From NCBI GenBank assembly GCA_965242865.1, contig CBDETK010000013.1:2848001-2912000 (forward strand): a stretch of DNA of 64,000 nt, read 5' to 3'. Within the stretch, counting starts at the first letter, position 1, and each line of letters begins with the position of its first letter. The notes beneath the pieces are model-generated. The model was not told where the DNA came from and made no database searches. It was given only the letters and a program-made list of their open reading frames with translations. Both the position numbers and the translations under genes were made by a program. Below are positions 1 through 9,758 of the stretch, one piece after another. The DNA is from Candidatus Latescibacterota bacterium. Lineage in GTDB: Bacteria > Latescibacterota > UBA2968 > UBA8231.

Positions 1-1871
1 GCGTCTCTGCCCAAGAACTCAAGCGCGAAGAAATGATCAAGCTGCCCATCGCGCTTGCCGAGCACGACACTTGGCAGAACGCAGTGAACGGCGCCATCGC
101 CGCCCGTGCTTCGCTTGCCGAGACCGCCAAGGACGATGCTTTCTACATCCGTCCCATCGTCTTGTTGCAAGCCCAGCCAAAAAACCAAGAAGTAACGGTT
201 GACGCCCTGAAAAAGCACCTGATGGACATTGAGCAAATCCCAGAAAGCAAAATCGCCATTGTCACGGGCGACCAGCGCGAACTCGACGCCATTGACTTGT
301 TCGACCGCACCTGTCCCATTGAATACGTCATTACAATCGAGGCACTCAAAGAAGGATGGGATTGCTCGTTCGCGTACATTTTCTGCTCGGTATCGCGCAT
401 CCAAAGCGCGACCGATGTCGAGCAACTGCTCGGCCGCGTCCTGCGGATGCCCTACGCCAAGCGACGCCAAGCACCCGACCTCAACAAAGCCTACGCCTTC
501 CTATCCGAGCCATCTTTTGGCGAAGCGGCCCGCGCCTTGGCCGACAAATTGGTAGATATGGGCTTTGAGGAAGACGAAGCCCTCGACAACATCGAGCCGG
601 TGCAGCAGACGCTCGACCTTCAGAACGACTTGTTTGAGCCACGGGAAAAGCCGGAGCCGGTATTCAGATATACGACCCCAGCCACCGCGGAAATCCTGTC
701 CGAACTCAGCGAGGCCGAGTACGACGGATTGCAGGTGCGCGAAACTGCTGAAGGACAGGTCGAAATCGCGCTTACCGGCTGGGTCAATCAGGACCGCGAG
801 CAGGCGATTGCGGCGACGTTGCCCGAACAGGAGCGAAAAGGGTTTGCCACAGCCGTTGCCCAACACCGCGCCGCAGTCAAAGAACACCTATCCCCGGCCG
901 AACAGGGGCAGCCATTCAACGTTCCGCGTCTCATGGCGGAAATCCAAGGCACCCTAGAATACGCCGATGCGGATGTGTTCATGGAATACCACGACTGGTC
1001 GCTGCTCAATTATTCGCCGAAAATGGACGAAGGGGAATTCACTATCCGCGAGACAGCACACAGCTTTGAAATTGACCTCGACGGCAACCGCGTCTCCTAC
1101 CAATTCGCCAGCGAAGCGGAGCAATTGGCACTGGACATGGCCGCCGAAGGCTGGACCGCCGAGGCCCTCGTCCTGTGGCTCGACCGTCAGGTGCGCCAGA
1201 TGGACATTCACCAAAGCGAATTGCTCAAATGGCTACGCCAACTCGTCGATCACCTGCTCAACACGCACGGCATGTCCATTGCCGCACTGATGCGTTGCAA
1301 GTTCTTGCTCGCCAAGAAAATCGAAAGCAAAATCGCGGCCATTCGCCAAGAGGAACGCAGCGGTGTCTATCAGCAGCATCTCTTTGAATCCGCGGCCAAC
1401 CCAACGGTCTCATTCGACGCGGCCTTCTCCTTTGCGGACGACATGTACTGGGATCAACGGTGCTATCGCGGGCGTTGGAAACCGCGCAAGCACTTTCTCG
1501 GCCCGGATCGCGTTCCCGCCTTTGACGGCGCGGACGATGGCGAGGAAATGCAATGCGCTCAAGTCATCGACAGTCTGGCGACCGTGAAGTACTGGATTCG
1601 CAATGTCGCACGCCATCCCAACTCGTTTTGGCTGCCCACCGCAACGGACAAATTCTACCCAGACTTTGTCGCCTTGCTAACCGACGGTCGCCTCCTCGTC
1701 GTCGAATACAAGGGCGCCCACATCGCCGAAGGGTCGGATACCAATGAGAAGCGGACCATTGGTGCCCTGTGGGAGCGGGAAAGCAGCGGTAAGGGCCTGT
1801 TCGCAGTCGCGGAGAAAATGGTCGATGAGAAAGACCTGCGGCAGCAATTCACAGAAAAGATCGGAATTTGA
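1..1871 (+). CDS. res: Type III restriction-like Res subunit (SF2 helicase + PD-(D/E)xK nuclease), 5'-truncated by the window edge
   Basis: Frame is open from position 3. Motifs ALKEGWDC (V), EQLLGRVLRMP (VI) and C-terminal FYPDFVA...VVEYKG nuclease motif. Confidence 0.85.
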   Translation, partial: VSAQELKREEMIKLPIALAEHDTWQNAVNGAIAARASLAETAKDDAFYIRPIVLLQAQPKNQEVTVDALKKHLMDIEQIPESKIAIVTGDQRELDAIDLFDRTCPIEYVITIEALKEGWDCSFAYIFCSVSRIQSATDVEQLLGRVLRMPYAKRRQAPDLNKAYAFLSEPSFGEAARALADKLVDMGFEEDEALDNIEPVQQTLDLQNDLFEPREKPEPVFRYTTPATAEILSELSEAEYDGLQVRETAEGQVEIALTGWVNQDREQAIAATLPEQERKGFATAVAQHRAAVKEHLSPAEQGQPFNVPRLMAEIQGTLEYADADVFMEYHDWSLLNYSPKMDEGEFTIRETAHSFEIDLDGNRVSYQFASEAEQLALDMAAEGWTAEALVLWLDRQVRQMDIHQSELLKWLRQLVDHLLNTHGMSIAALMRCKFLLAKKIESKIAAIRQEERSGVYQQHLFESAANPTVSFDAAFSFADDMYWDQRCYRGRWKPRKHFLGPDRVPAFDGADDGEEMQCAQVIDSLATVKYWIRNVARHPNSFWLPTATDKFYPDFVALLTDGRLLVVEYKGAHIAEGSDTNEKRTIGALWERESSGKGLFAVAEKMVDEKDLRQQFTEKIGI

Positions 1872-1928
1872 ACGATCACCCCGACGAACGGTCGTAAGGT
1901 AGGACGTATAACCGCTTAGGATGCGTAG

Positions 1929-3206
1929 ATGAGCTATGCCCAGCTAACACGCTTCATGTTGCCCCTAGTGGTGACGGCGCTGGTGCAAGAGCTTAGCGGC
2001 CAGTTCCTCAACGGCGGCATGGCGCGGATGCCGCGGGCGGTCGAAACGCTGGCCGCCTTTGGCTTGGCCTTTGGCTTGGCCTTATTCCTCGCCGGCACCC
2101 TATCCCAAGTGCGGCAACTCGGCTTAGTCCTCGTCGAACACGCCCAAGGCTACCGGGTCTGCTGCCGCTTTGTGCTCGCGGCCGGGCTGCTGTTGGCTGG
2201 CATTTTAGCCTGCTTGGCCCTGACGCCGCTGGGGACTTGGATCATCGACGACCTGCACGGGGTCGATCCCACACTCGGCGACCCCGTGCGCTCGGCCCTG
2301 CTGTGGCTCGTCCCCTACCCCGTCTTGCAGGGGATGACGCGCTTTTACAGCGGTGTGCTCATCCGCGTCCGCCGCACCGACATCCCCGCCTACGCCACCA
2401 CCACCGGGATCGCCCTCAGCATCCTCGCGGTCTTCGCGCTGCTGCCGCTCGGCTTTGTCCGCCAGACCCCAATCGCGTTGCCGGTCCTCGCCGTGTACGC
2501 GGGTGCGCTCGCCGAGCTGGGCGTGGTCGCGTGGGGCCGCTGGCACTTGGTGCGCTGGCCCGCACGAGCCAATGCGCCGGTCCTAACGTACCTATACGTT
2601 CTGCGCTTCTTCTGGCCCTTGGCGCTGATCATGGCCGTGCAGGCCGGCACCCGGCCCCTGATCAACATGTTTGTCGCTCGCAGTGCCGATGGCATCCAAG
2701 CACTGGCCGTGCTGACCATCGTCTATGCGCTCGGCCACATCCCGTACGGCTGGCTCAACGAACTACGCAACCTGCCGACAGCCTTTCGCCAAGAAGGGGA
2801 TTTGGCCAAAATTCGCCGCTTCTGCTGGGGCTGTTGTCTGTTTTCCTGTGCTTGGATGGTGGCGCTGTTTTGGACGCCGGCTGTCCACTACATCCTCGGT
2901 GCTTGGATCGGCATCGGTCCCGAGCTGATCGCCGACTGCAGGACGCCCTTGCTCCTGTTTACGGGCTTTCCCTTTGTCGTCAGCCTGCGTAGCTACTTCC
3001 ACGGCATCGGTCTGCTCCAGCGCCGCACCCAAGCCATGGCGCCGAGTGCGCCGTCGCGGGTGGCGACCGTCTTGCTGATGCTAGCCCTGCTCGCCAATTT
3101 CGACCTCCACGGCGCGACCCAAGCCGTGGGTGCCCTAATCAGCGGCCACACTGTGGAGGCCCTCGTCGTCTGGTGGAGCATCGGGCGCGGTCGGCGAGCC
3201 TCTTGA
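1929..3206 (+). CDS. ANKH-like (MATE/MOP-fold) multipass membrane transporter
   Basis: About 10-12 hydrophobic segments. [28 protein letters not shown], FWTP and HGAT motifs match vertebrate ANKH as recalled. Confidence 0.75.
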   Translation: [425 protein letters not shown]

Positions 3207-3273
3207 CGCCGCTAGGTCTGTGTCCAACGTTCTACGCAGACTTTCCCAACGACAAACCTCGGAAAGGGACGCC

Positions 3274-4917
3274 ATGTCCATGAACGGCAACCAAGCCATT
3301 GCCCACATCCTCAAGGCCGAAGGCGTTGCGTGGCTATCGGCCTTTCCCGCCCAGCCGCTGATTGACGAGGCGGCCCGCGCGGGGATCCGACCCGTTATCT
3401 GCCGCCAAGAGCGGACGGGCGTCAACATGGCCGACGGCTTCAGCCGCACGACCAACGGCCGCCCTTTTGGCGTCTTTACCATGCAGACCGGGCCGGGGGC
3501 CGAAAACGCGCTCGGCGGCGCGGCCCAGGCCTACGCCGACTCCATCCCCCTGCTGCTCCTGCCCGGAGGGGTAGCCACGGCCCGCACCCAAGTGCCGCCC
3601 AACTTCGACTCGGTAGCCAACTATCGCGGCATCACCAAGTGGGCCGCCCACATCAACCAAGTCGAGCGCGTTCCCGGGCTGATGCGCCGGGCCTTTAGCC
3701 AGCTCGCCCACGGCCGCCCCGGGCCGGTGCTCGTAGAAATCCCCAGCGACTTAGGCACCGCCGAGCTCCCCGAGGACTTTGACTACCAGCCGATCAAAGC
3801 CTATAAGTCCGGGGCCGACCCGGACGCGGTCCGCGACTTGGTTGCCGCGCTGGTCCAGGCCGAATGTCCGGTCATCAACGCGGGACACGGCGTACTGTGG
3901 GCCGAAGCTACGGACCCGCTAGTAGCCCTCGCCGAGCTGCTCAACGTGCCGGTTATGACCACCTTGGCCGGCAAGAGCGCGTTTCCCGAAAACCATCCGC
4001 TCGCGCTGGGCACCGGCGGCTACACCGGTACGCTGATGGTCGATCGCTTCCTGCAAAAGACCGACTTCGTCTTGGGCGTGGGCACCAGCTTTACCATCTC
4101 AAACTTCAACGCCCCCATGCCCGCTCGCGCCGTCTTGGCGCAGGTGACCAACTGCGCCGAGGACCTCAACAAGGACTACCGGATTAGCTTGGGGGCCATC
4201 GGCGATGCGCGGATCGTGCTGGACCAGATCGCCGAGGAAGTCCGCCGACAGCTCGGGGCTGACGGGCGGGCTGACGGGCGCGGGGTCGCGGCCGAGATCG
4301 CGGCGATTCGCGCTGAGTTCAATGCTGCGTGGGCGCCGAAATTCCGCTCGGACGAGGTGCCGATAAACCCCTACCGGGTCTTCGCCGAACTCGCCCGCGC
4401 CGTGGATGTGCCCAACACCATCATCACCCACGACTCGGGCTATCCCCGCGATCAGCTCGTGCCGTTTTGGCGGCCCCAAATCCCCAGAGGGTATCTCGGC
4501 TGGGGCAAGTCAACCCAGCTCGGTTACGGCTTGGGCTTGGCACTGGGGGCCAAGTTGGCCGCGCTAGACAAGCAGGTCATCAACATCATGGGCGACGCGG
4601 CTTTTGGCATGGCGGGCCTCGATATTGAGACCGCGGTGCGCGCAGAAATTCCCATTCTCACGGTGGTGCTCAACAACGGCGTAATGACCCACTACGACCA
4701 GTACATGCCCTACTCCAGTGAACACTACCAGAGCAATCGCCTCGGCGGCCACTACGCACAGGTAGCCGAGGCCCTCGGTGCCCACGCCGAGCGCGTCGAA
4801 ACGCCCTTAGAGTTGGCACCGGCCATCCAACGCGCCCTCGCAGCCAACCGCGAAGGCCGCGCCGCCTTGGTGGAGGTGATGACCAAGGCGGAAGAAAACA
4901 TCGCCAAGTTTTGGTAA
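3274..4917 (+). CDS. Thiamine-diphosphate-dependent enzyme, acetolactate synthase-like family
   Basis: RQE..G..MADG, GPG..N, GRPGPV and the ThDP motif GDAAFGM...NN. GGAAAGGG RBS-like sequence before ATG 3274. Confidence 0.85.
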   Translation: MSMNGNQAIAHILKAEGVAWLSAFPAQPLIDEAARAGIRPVICRQERTGVNMADGFSRTTNGRPFGVFTMQTGPGAENALGGAAQAYADSIPLLLLPGGVATARTQVPPNFDSVANYRGITKWAAHINQVERVPGLMRRAFSQLAHGRPGPVLVEIPSDLGTAELPEDFDYQPIKAYKSGADPDAVRDLVAALVQAECPVINAGHGVLWAEATDPLVALAELLNVPVMTTLAGKSAFPENHPLALGTGGYTGTLMVDRFLQKTDFVLGVGTSFTISNFNAPMPARAVLAQVTNCAEDLNKDYRISLGAIGDARIVLDQIAEEVRRQLGADGRADGRGVAAEIAAIRAEFNAAWAPKFRSDEVPINPYRVFAELARAVDVPNTIITHDSGYPRDQLVPFWRPQIPRGYLGWGKSTQLGYGLGLALGAKLAALDKQVINIMGDAAFGMAGLDIETAVRAEIPILTVVLNNGVMTHYDQYMPYSSEHYQSNRLGGHYAQVAEALGAHAERVETPLELAPAIQRALAANREGRAALVEVMTKAEENIAKFW

Positions 4918-4948
4918 AGGGGAACGCCATGGGGGCCGTGTACTACAA

Positions 4949-5141
4949 ATGATGCCTTACACAATCACAACTGAAACAACACAAGATAAGTCGCGTCTCC
5001 TCGACTATTTTCGCGATCATGGAGAGGAAAAGCTAGCTAAACTTAAACAAGAAATCGGAGGTGAAAATTACAAGAAGCTGGCGAGCAAAATAAATAAAGC
5101 ACTGATCAAAAGCCTAAAATCATTTAGGGAAGCAGTCATAA
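4949..5141 (+). pseudogene. AT-rich 5' gene fragment truncated by IS5 insertion
   Basis: The ORF runs into the IS left end. Removing the IS puts it in frame with the 6076-7226 ATPase body. Confidence 0.55.
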
Positions 5142-6072
5142 GAAGCTGTCTGAAAACTCTGTGATGTATCGCGTATTTGAGTTGGCGTACTCATTGAGCC
5201 ATCTTCAGGTTTCGCCAAAAAATCTGAACAGAAAGGCTCGTATAATGAGTACGCCGCATGGTCAATATGCCACCGATGTAACCGATGCGCAATGGCCGCC
5301 GATCGAACCGGTACTGCCGGCTCCGATTTGGCGTCCCAAGGGTCCGGGTCGGCCACCGCGCGACCGGCGCCCGATCGTCCATGGTATTTTGTATCTGACG
5401 AAGGCCGGCTGTCCTTGGGCGTTGTTGCCGCTTTGTTTTGGTCCTTGGAAGACGGTGTATGATGCCTTCCGCCGCTGGAGTCGCCAAGGGGTCTGGGCGC
5501 AGGTGTTGGGTCGGCTCACTCAGCAGGAACGTCGTCGTACCGGCCGGGCGGCTACGCCATCGTCTGGCTGTATCGACAGCCAGACGATAAAGACTGCAAC
5601 CCAAGGTAAAACAACTGGATATGACGCCGGAAAAAAATCCAAGGACGCAAACGTCCTCTATTAGTCGACTCCTTGGGCTTGCTTCAACAGGTGGTGGTCA
5701 CCGCCGCCGATGTCGAAGACCGGGCAGGCTTGAAGCAGGTGTTGACCCGCTATCAGGCGACCGGCACTCCCCGGTTACGCAAACTGTGGGGCGATGGCGG
5801 CTATCGCGGCGCGGCGATCCGAACATGGGTGGCCAACCTCAAAAAGACGCACAAGATCGACTTGGAAATCGTCGCCAAACAAGGCCCCGGATGTACCGTA
5901 CTCAAACGGCGTTGGGTCGTTGAGCGCACCTGGGCATGGTTGATGAATTTTAGACGCCATGCCCGAGAGTATGAGGTCCTGACGCGCCATAGCGAAGCCT
6001 TGATTCAGATCGCCATGATCCACCTAGTACTTAAACGAATCAAATAGAAAAATATAGTTTTCAGACCGCTTC
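5142..6072 (+). mobile_element. IS5-family insertion sequence (IS1031/IS427-like), TAA target duplication
   Basis: TIRs GAAGCTGTCTGAAAAC (from 5142) and GTTTTCAGACCGCTTC (to 6072). TAA at 5139-5141 and 6073-6075. Confidence 0.92.
5245..6047 (+). CDS. tnp: IS5 transposase in two ORFs joined by a -1 frameshift at the A7 run 5631-5637
   Basis: Y.TD.TD.QW, GCPW..LP..FGPW.TVY..F.RW and IDSQ. The -1 shift restores GYDAGKKIQGRKR..LVDSLG, followed by DGGY and RWVVERT. Confidence 0.9.
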
Positions 6073-6075
6073 TAA

Positions 6076-7226
6076 ATATTAACGAATCGGAGGAGCTTTT
6101 TGAAATGGCCCTAAGTGGCGGTTTAGTGGCTTTTGAGGATATTGGCCTAGGTATGGCGAAGTCTGTATCGATAGGGGTGGAAACAGGTTGGGAGCAGAAT
6201 AAAGAAAAAGCGTATCCCAAGTCGTTTATTATATATAGATTGAATGGTGTAGAGTGGAGTCGGTTTACGCGAACAGAAACTCTGAATCGGAATTGGAATA
6301 GGGCGCATCCCTTCTTTGAGCAGGCGGAGAAAAAGATTCAAGGTATAGCGAACCACCACCATCGTTCCCATTTAAGCCTGTATTTCAAAGATATGGATAA
6401 AAATGTTCATCTGAGTATTAAAAGCATTGTGGAGAGAATGATAAAAAGAATAAACTATTTGGGGCCATTCCGAGAAATACCTTCTCGTCATTTTAGACCA
6501 CAAAGAACGCCCGATGAATCACTATGGGCAAAGGGGATAGAGGCATGGAATATACTTGGCAGAGATCCTAAGTTGATCGAAAAAACAAACTCCTACATGG
6601 AAGATTTTTTGAAACTGGGATATACCATTAAGCTAGAAGAATCTGTCTCGCTAGATGCGGTCCTGACGAACCTAAACGAGCTTGACAGGCCCTACAAATT
6701 AGAAGAACAAATTGATCATATCAAAAAAGTCCCTCGCCAAATTACCTTGAAGATCCATAACGAAGAAAATGATATTGACTTGGATCTTCCAGATGTCGGT
6801 CTTGGCATTTCCCAAGTTATTCCCATTTTGGTGGGGGTTTCGCATACGGGACGGTCAGTAGCTCCTGATAAGATAGGCATTTTCGCGGTTGAAGAGCCGG
6901 AACTCCATCTTCACCCTGCCGCTCAGGTTGCACTGGGTGACGTGTTTATTGACGGCATACAAAACAGCAATCCTACCTTCCTCATCGAAACGCATTCTGA
7001 GCATTTGCTACTGCGATTGCTGCGCCGCGTACATGAGACCTCTAGTACACGGATTGATTCAAAATCCAAGTTGCCACCTAACGATTTATCTGTAGTTTAT
7101 GTTCAGGCAACGCCAGCAGGTGCTAAGTTTATCCCTGTCTCTGTAACAGATGACGGAGATTTTGATGAACCTTGGCCAGAAGGTTTTTTTGAAGAACGCG
7201 ACTCAGAACTATTTTATTATGCTTAG
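6076..7226 (+). pseudogene. ABC-like AAA ATPase with DUF3696-type C-terminus, lacking the N-terminal Walker A
   Basis: YLGPFR, signature DVGLGISQV, Walker B VEEPELHLHP..Q, IETHSEHLL and terminal WPEGFF are present. There is no GxxxxGKS/T in the remaining part. Confidence 0.8.
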
Positions 7227-8167
7227 AGCGTATACGAAAATCATGTCAATCGTTTTACTACTTGAAAAATAATCAGCACGGAAGCGAGCTGAATGAATGC
7301 TTGGTAATGGGTTATCTTTTTTTCCCATCGGATCAGCAACCGGCGGAATCGATGATGCCCTGCCTGGGTTCGTTCGACGACCCATCGCCGGGGCGGATTT
7401 TTCTTTTGGGTTCGCCGTGTGTCCGGGTCGGCTTTGCCTTGGGGCACATGGATGTGATAGTCGCGTTGGGTGGCCCCTTTGAGGACTTCGGTGTATTCAT
7501 AGCCTCTGTCGAGACACAAATGGTGCAACCGATAGACGACTTTCTTGGGTCTTTCCACCACGAGACGATCCAACGTCGCCAAGGCGACGGCTTTGTCCGG
7601 CGTATTAGCCCCCGTTATTTGCACGGCCAGCGGTACGCCGCGCTGGTCGGTCCACACCGACCGTTTGGTGCCCTGTTTCCCTCGGTCCACGGGCGAAGGC
7701 CCGGTCGCTTCGCCGCCCAAGGGGGCTTTGGTAATCACCCCATCGAGGGCTTGCCATTTCCACGCAATCCCCACTTCCCTATTATAGTAGTGCAACAGGG
7801 TCTGCCACGCCCGGAAAAACACGCCTTGTTGAACCCACGGGCGGAACCGACCAGGCACCGTCGAGCCGGGAGGATAGGCTGGCCGCGGAAGGGCTTGCCA
7901 CGGGCAGCCGCTACGCAGCACAACGATCAGGGCGTCGAAAATAACGCGGTTGGGGGTGGCTGGACGTCCGACCGTGCCGGGTGGTTTATCCGGTCCCAGT
8001 ATCGGCGCGATCTGATGCCACAAGGCGTCCGGGGTATGCCAAAGCGGAGCCTGCGAATGGGTCTTGGTGACCATGACTTTCCTCCTCTGAATTGAGGTCA
8101 AATGCTACGGAAAGTGTAGGTTGCCAAGACCTTTTTATCAACTGAAAAACAATTTTCGTATACGCTC
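7226..8167 (-). mobile_element. Second IS5-family insertion sequence, TTA target duplication
   Basis: Perfect 16-bp TIRs GAGCGTATACGAAAAT (7226-7241) and ATTTTCGTATACGCTC (8152-8167). TTA at 7223-7225 and 8168-8170. Confidence 0.93.
7241..8074 (-). CDS. tnp: IS5-family transposase, single ORF, probably degenerate
   Basis: LRSGCPW.ALP, ALDG, DRGKQGTKRS..TD..G.PL, LDRGY and RWVVERT...RFRRL. Confidence 0.88.
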   Translation of the reverse strand: MVTKTHSQAPLWHTPDALWHQIAPILGPDKPPGTVGRPATPNRVIFDALIVVLRSGCPWQALPRPAYPPGSTVPGRFRPWVQQGVFFRAWQTLLHYYNREVGIAWKWQALDGVITKAPLGGEATGPSPVDRGKQGTKRSVWTDQRGVPLAVQITGANTPDKAVALATLDRLVVERPKKVVYRLHHLCLDRGYEYTEVLKGATQRDYHIHVPQGKADPDTRRTQKKNPPRRWVVERTQAGHHRFRRLLIRWEKKITHYQAFIQLASVLIIFQVVKRLT

Positions 8168-8170
8168 TTA

Positions 8171-9087
8171 ACGTTTTCGCTATTGATCCAAAAGTAGGTC
8201 GAGATTTAGATCAGTTTCGATACTGCACAAAGCACTGCCATCCATCGAAAGGGCGTTTGATTGCAGATTTGCCACCTGGCGGTTGGTCAGTAGAGACAGC
8301 TAAATGCATTGATCTATTAGATAATCTCCGTCCTGTAAAAAGAAAACAATTAAAGAGAACGCTGGAAAAGGTGCGAGCTCAACTGGTGGATCGTCCAGGC
8401 ACTAATTGGGATTATCTCGAATCTTCTTGGGTTACTAATGCAGAGAACGAACATCGGCGAGAGCCGTTTTCTTTAATTGTCAGCCCTGATTACGATGAGG
8501 CTGACGATGAGGATCGAAAGTACCCTCCGAGTGAACTCAATAATGAAGTAAGTGCTTGGAATACACCTAATGGTGTTCAAATTAAGCGCAGTCCGGGAGA
8601 ATTCGCGAAAGCTATCCTACCAATGCTTCGACTCGCTAAGGAGATCCATTTTGTAGATAGATTTTTCAATGTAAAAGCGGGGAGTTTATATACCGAAAAT
8701 TACAGGCAGATTATCGAGGATTTAGCCAAATACCACAATCCATTTTATTCTTTTCCATCACTGGTAATACATTGCTGTCCAAAAGCCGACGAAGTTTCTA
8801 CAAGCGATTACTTTAAGGATGGCCTGAAAAAACACTACGCGCCCTTAATACCACAAGAAAAGTCTATAAAGGTTCTCTTGTGGGAAACAGAAATCACACC
8901 ACCAAGAGGAGCTCATCCTTTTCACAATCGCTATGTTCTGTCTAATCATTGCGGCGTAATAGCCGGATATGGTACTGATAGCTCAAAAGACGAGACTGAT
9001 GCATCAGATACTCTTGTAATTCTTCCCGAAAACGCATACAAAGAAATATGGAGAATCCGAAAGAAAAAATGGCCCGGAGCTAGTTAA
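8171..9087 (+). pseudogene. ATPase-partner protein (putative PLD-like/HxR nuclease); native ATG at 7219 cut off by the IS
   Basis: Removing the IS gives ATG CTT AAC GTT TTC GCT ATT GAT CCA (MLNVFAIDP...), overlapping the ATPase stop. Contains HFVDRFF and FHNRYVLS...GYGTD. AT-rich. Confidence 0.65.
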
Positions 9088-9136
9088 AAGAAGAGTTTAC
9101 GATTCCTGAAAAATAGAGATTTATTGCTAACCCCCG

Positions 9137-9380
9137 CGAGGCACTCAAGAACCGTCGCCGCGACGCGGTCATCGCCACCAAGTTTTTCAACCCCATGGGG
9201 CCTGGCCCAACGATTCGGGAATGTCGCGGGGGCGCATTATGAACGCCATCGAAGACAGCCTCCAGCGCCTCCAGACCGATTACATCGACCTCTATTACAT
9301 CCACCGCGTGGATACCCAAACCCCTTTGGAGGAGATGCTACGCGCCCTCGACGATTTGGTCCGCCAAGGTAAGCCGAAGG
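9137..9380 (+). pseudogene. Aldo/keto reductase internal fragment, frameshifted
   Basis: [10 protein letters not shown], then after a frameshift [41 protein letters not shown]. No start or end. Confidence 0.75.
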
Positions 9381-9387
9381 CTCTGAC

Positions 9388-9545
9388 GTGGTCACCTGCT
9401 GGCTGCCTTTGGCCGAAGCCACGGTAGAGACCGGCTGCATGGAGGTCTTGCCCGGCCTCGTCGAAACCGGCTATCTCCGGCATTTGGCGGCCGGCGGCAC
9501 CACCATCGCCCCCGAGGCCATGCCCCAAACCGCACCCATTCCCAA
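9388..9545 (+). pseudogene. PhyH-family dioxygenase internal fragment
   Basis: [21 protein letters not shown] is the typical PhyH beta-strand motif. It directly abuts the AKR fragment. Confidence 0.6.
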
Positions 9546-9629
9546 CGATTGCCGACGTTCAAAAAACGCCGGCAATTTTTTTATGATCAAGAGACTTCTG
9601 ACGGCTCTACAGCAGCGATTTTTCAGGTC

Positions 9630-9750
9630 TCCTTGACAAAATATGTAAAACGTATCAAATTATTGTTTCCTATGTCAAACTATTGATTTATAATATAGAC
9701 ACTTGGTTGTCAATATGGACATCTGACAGGCGTTATAGACCAAATCTACC
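9630..9750 (+). promoter_or_regulatory. AT-rich promoter/operator region of the TBDR operon
   Basis: TTGACA at 9633 and TATAAT near 9689 lie in an AT-rich tract. Their spacing does not fit a single canonical promoter, so the exact elements are uncertain. Confidence 0.4.
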
Positions 9751-9758
9751 TTGCTCCC

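Noticed and set aside
5631-5664. Transposase frameshift as an inactivating mutation or sequencing error
   Set aside because: It lies at the A-run (GGAAAAAAA) where IS5-family elements commonly use programmed -1 frameshifting or slippage.
9725-9750. Specific Fur box upstream of the TBDR
   Set aside because: Only a weak partial palindrome (TAGAccaaaTCTA), not enough to name a regulator.
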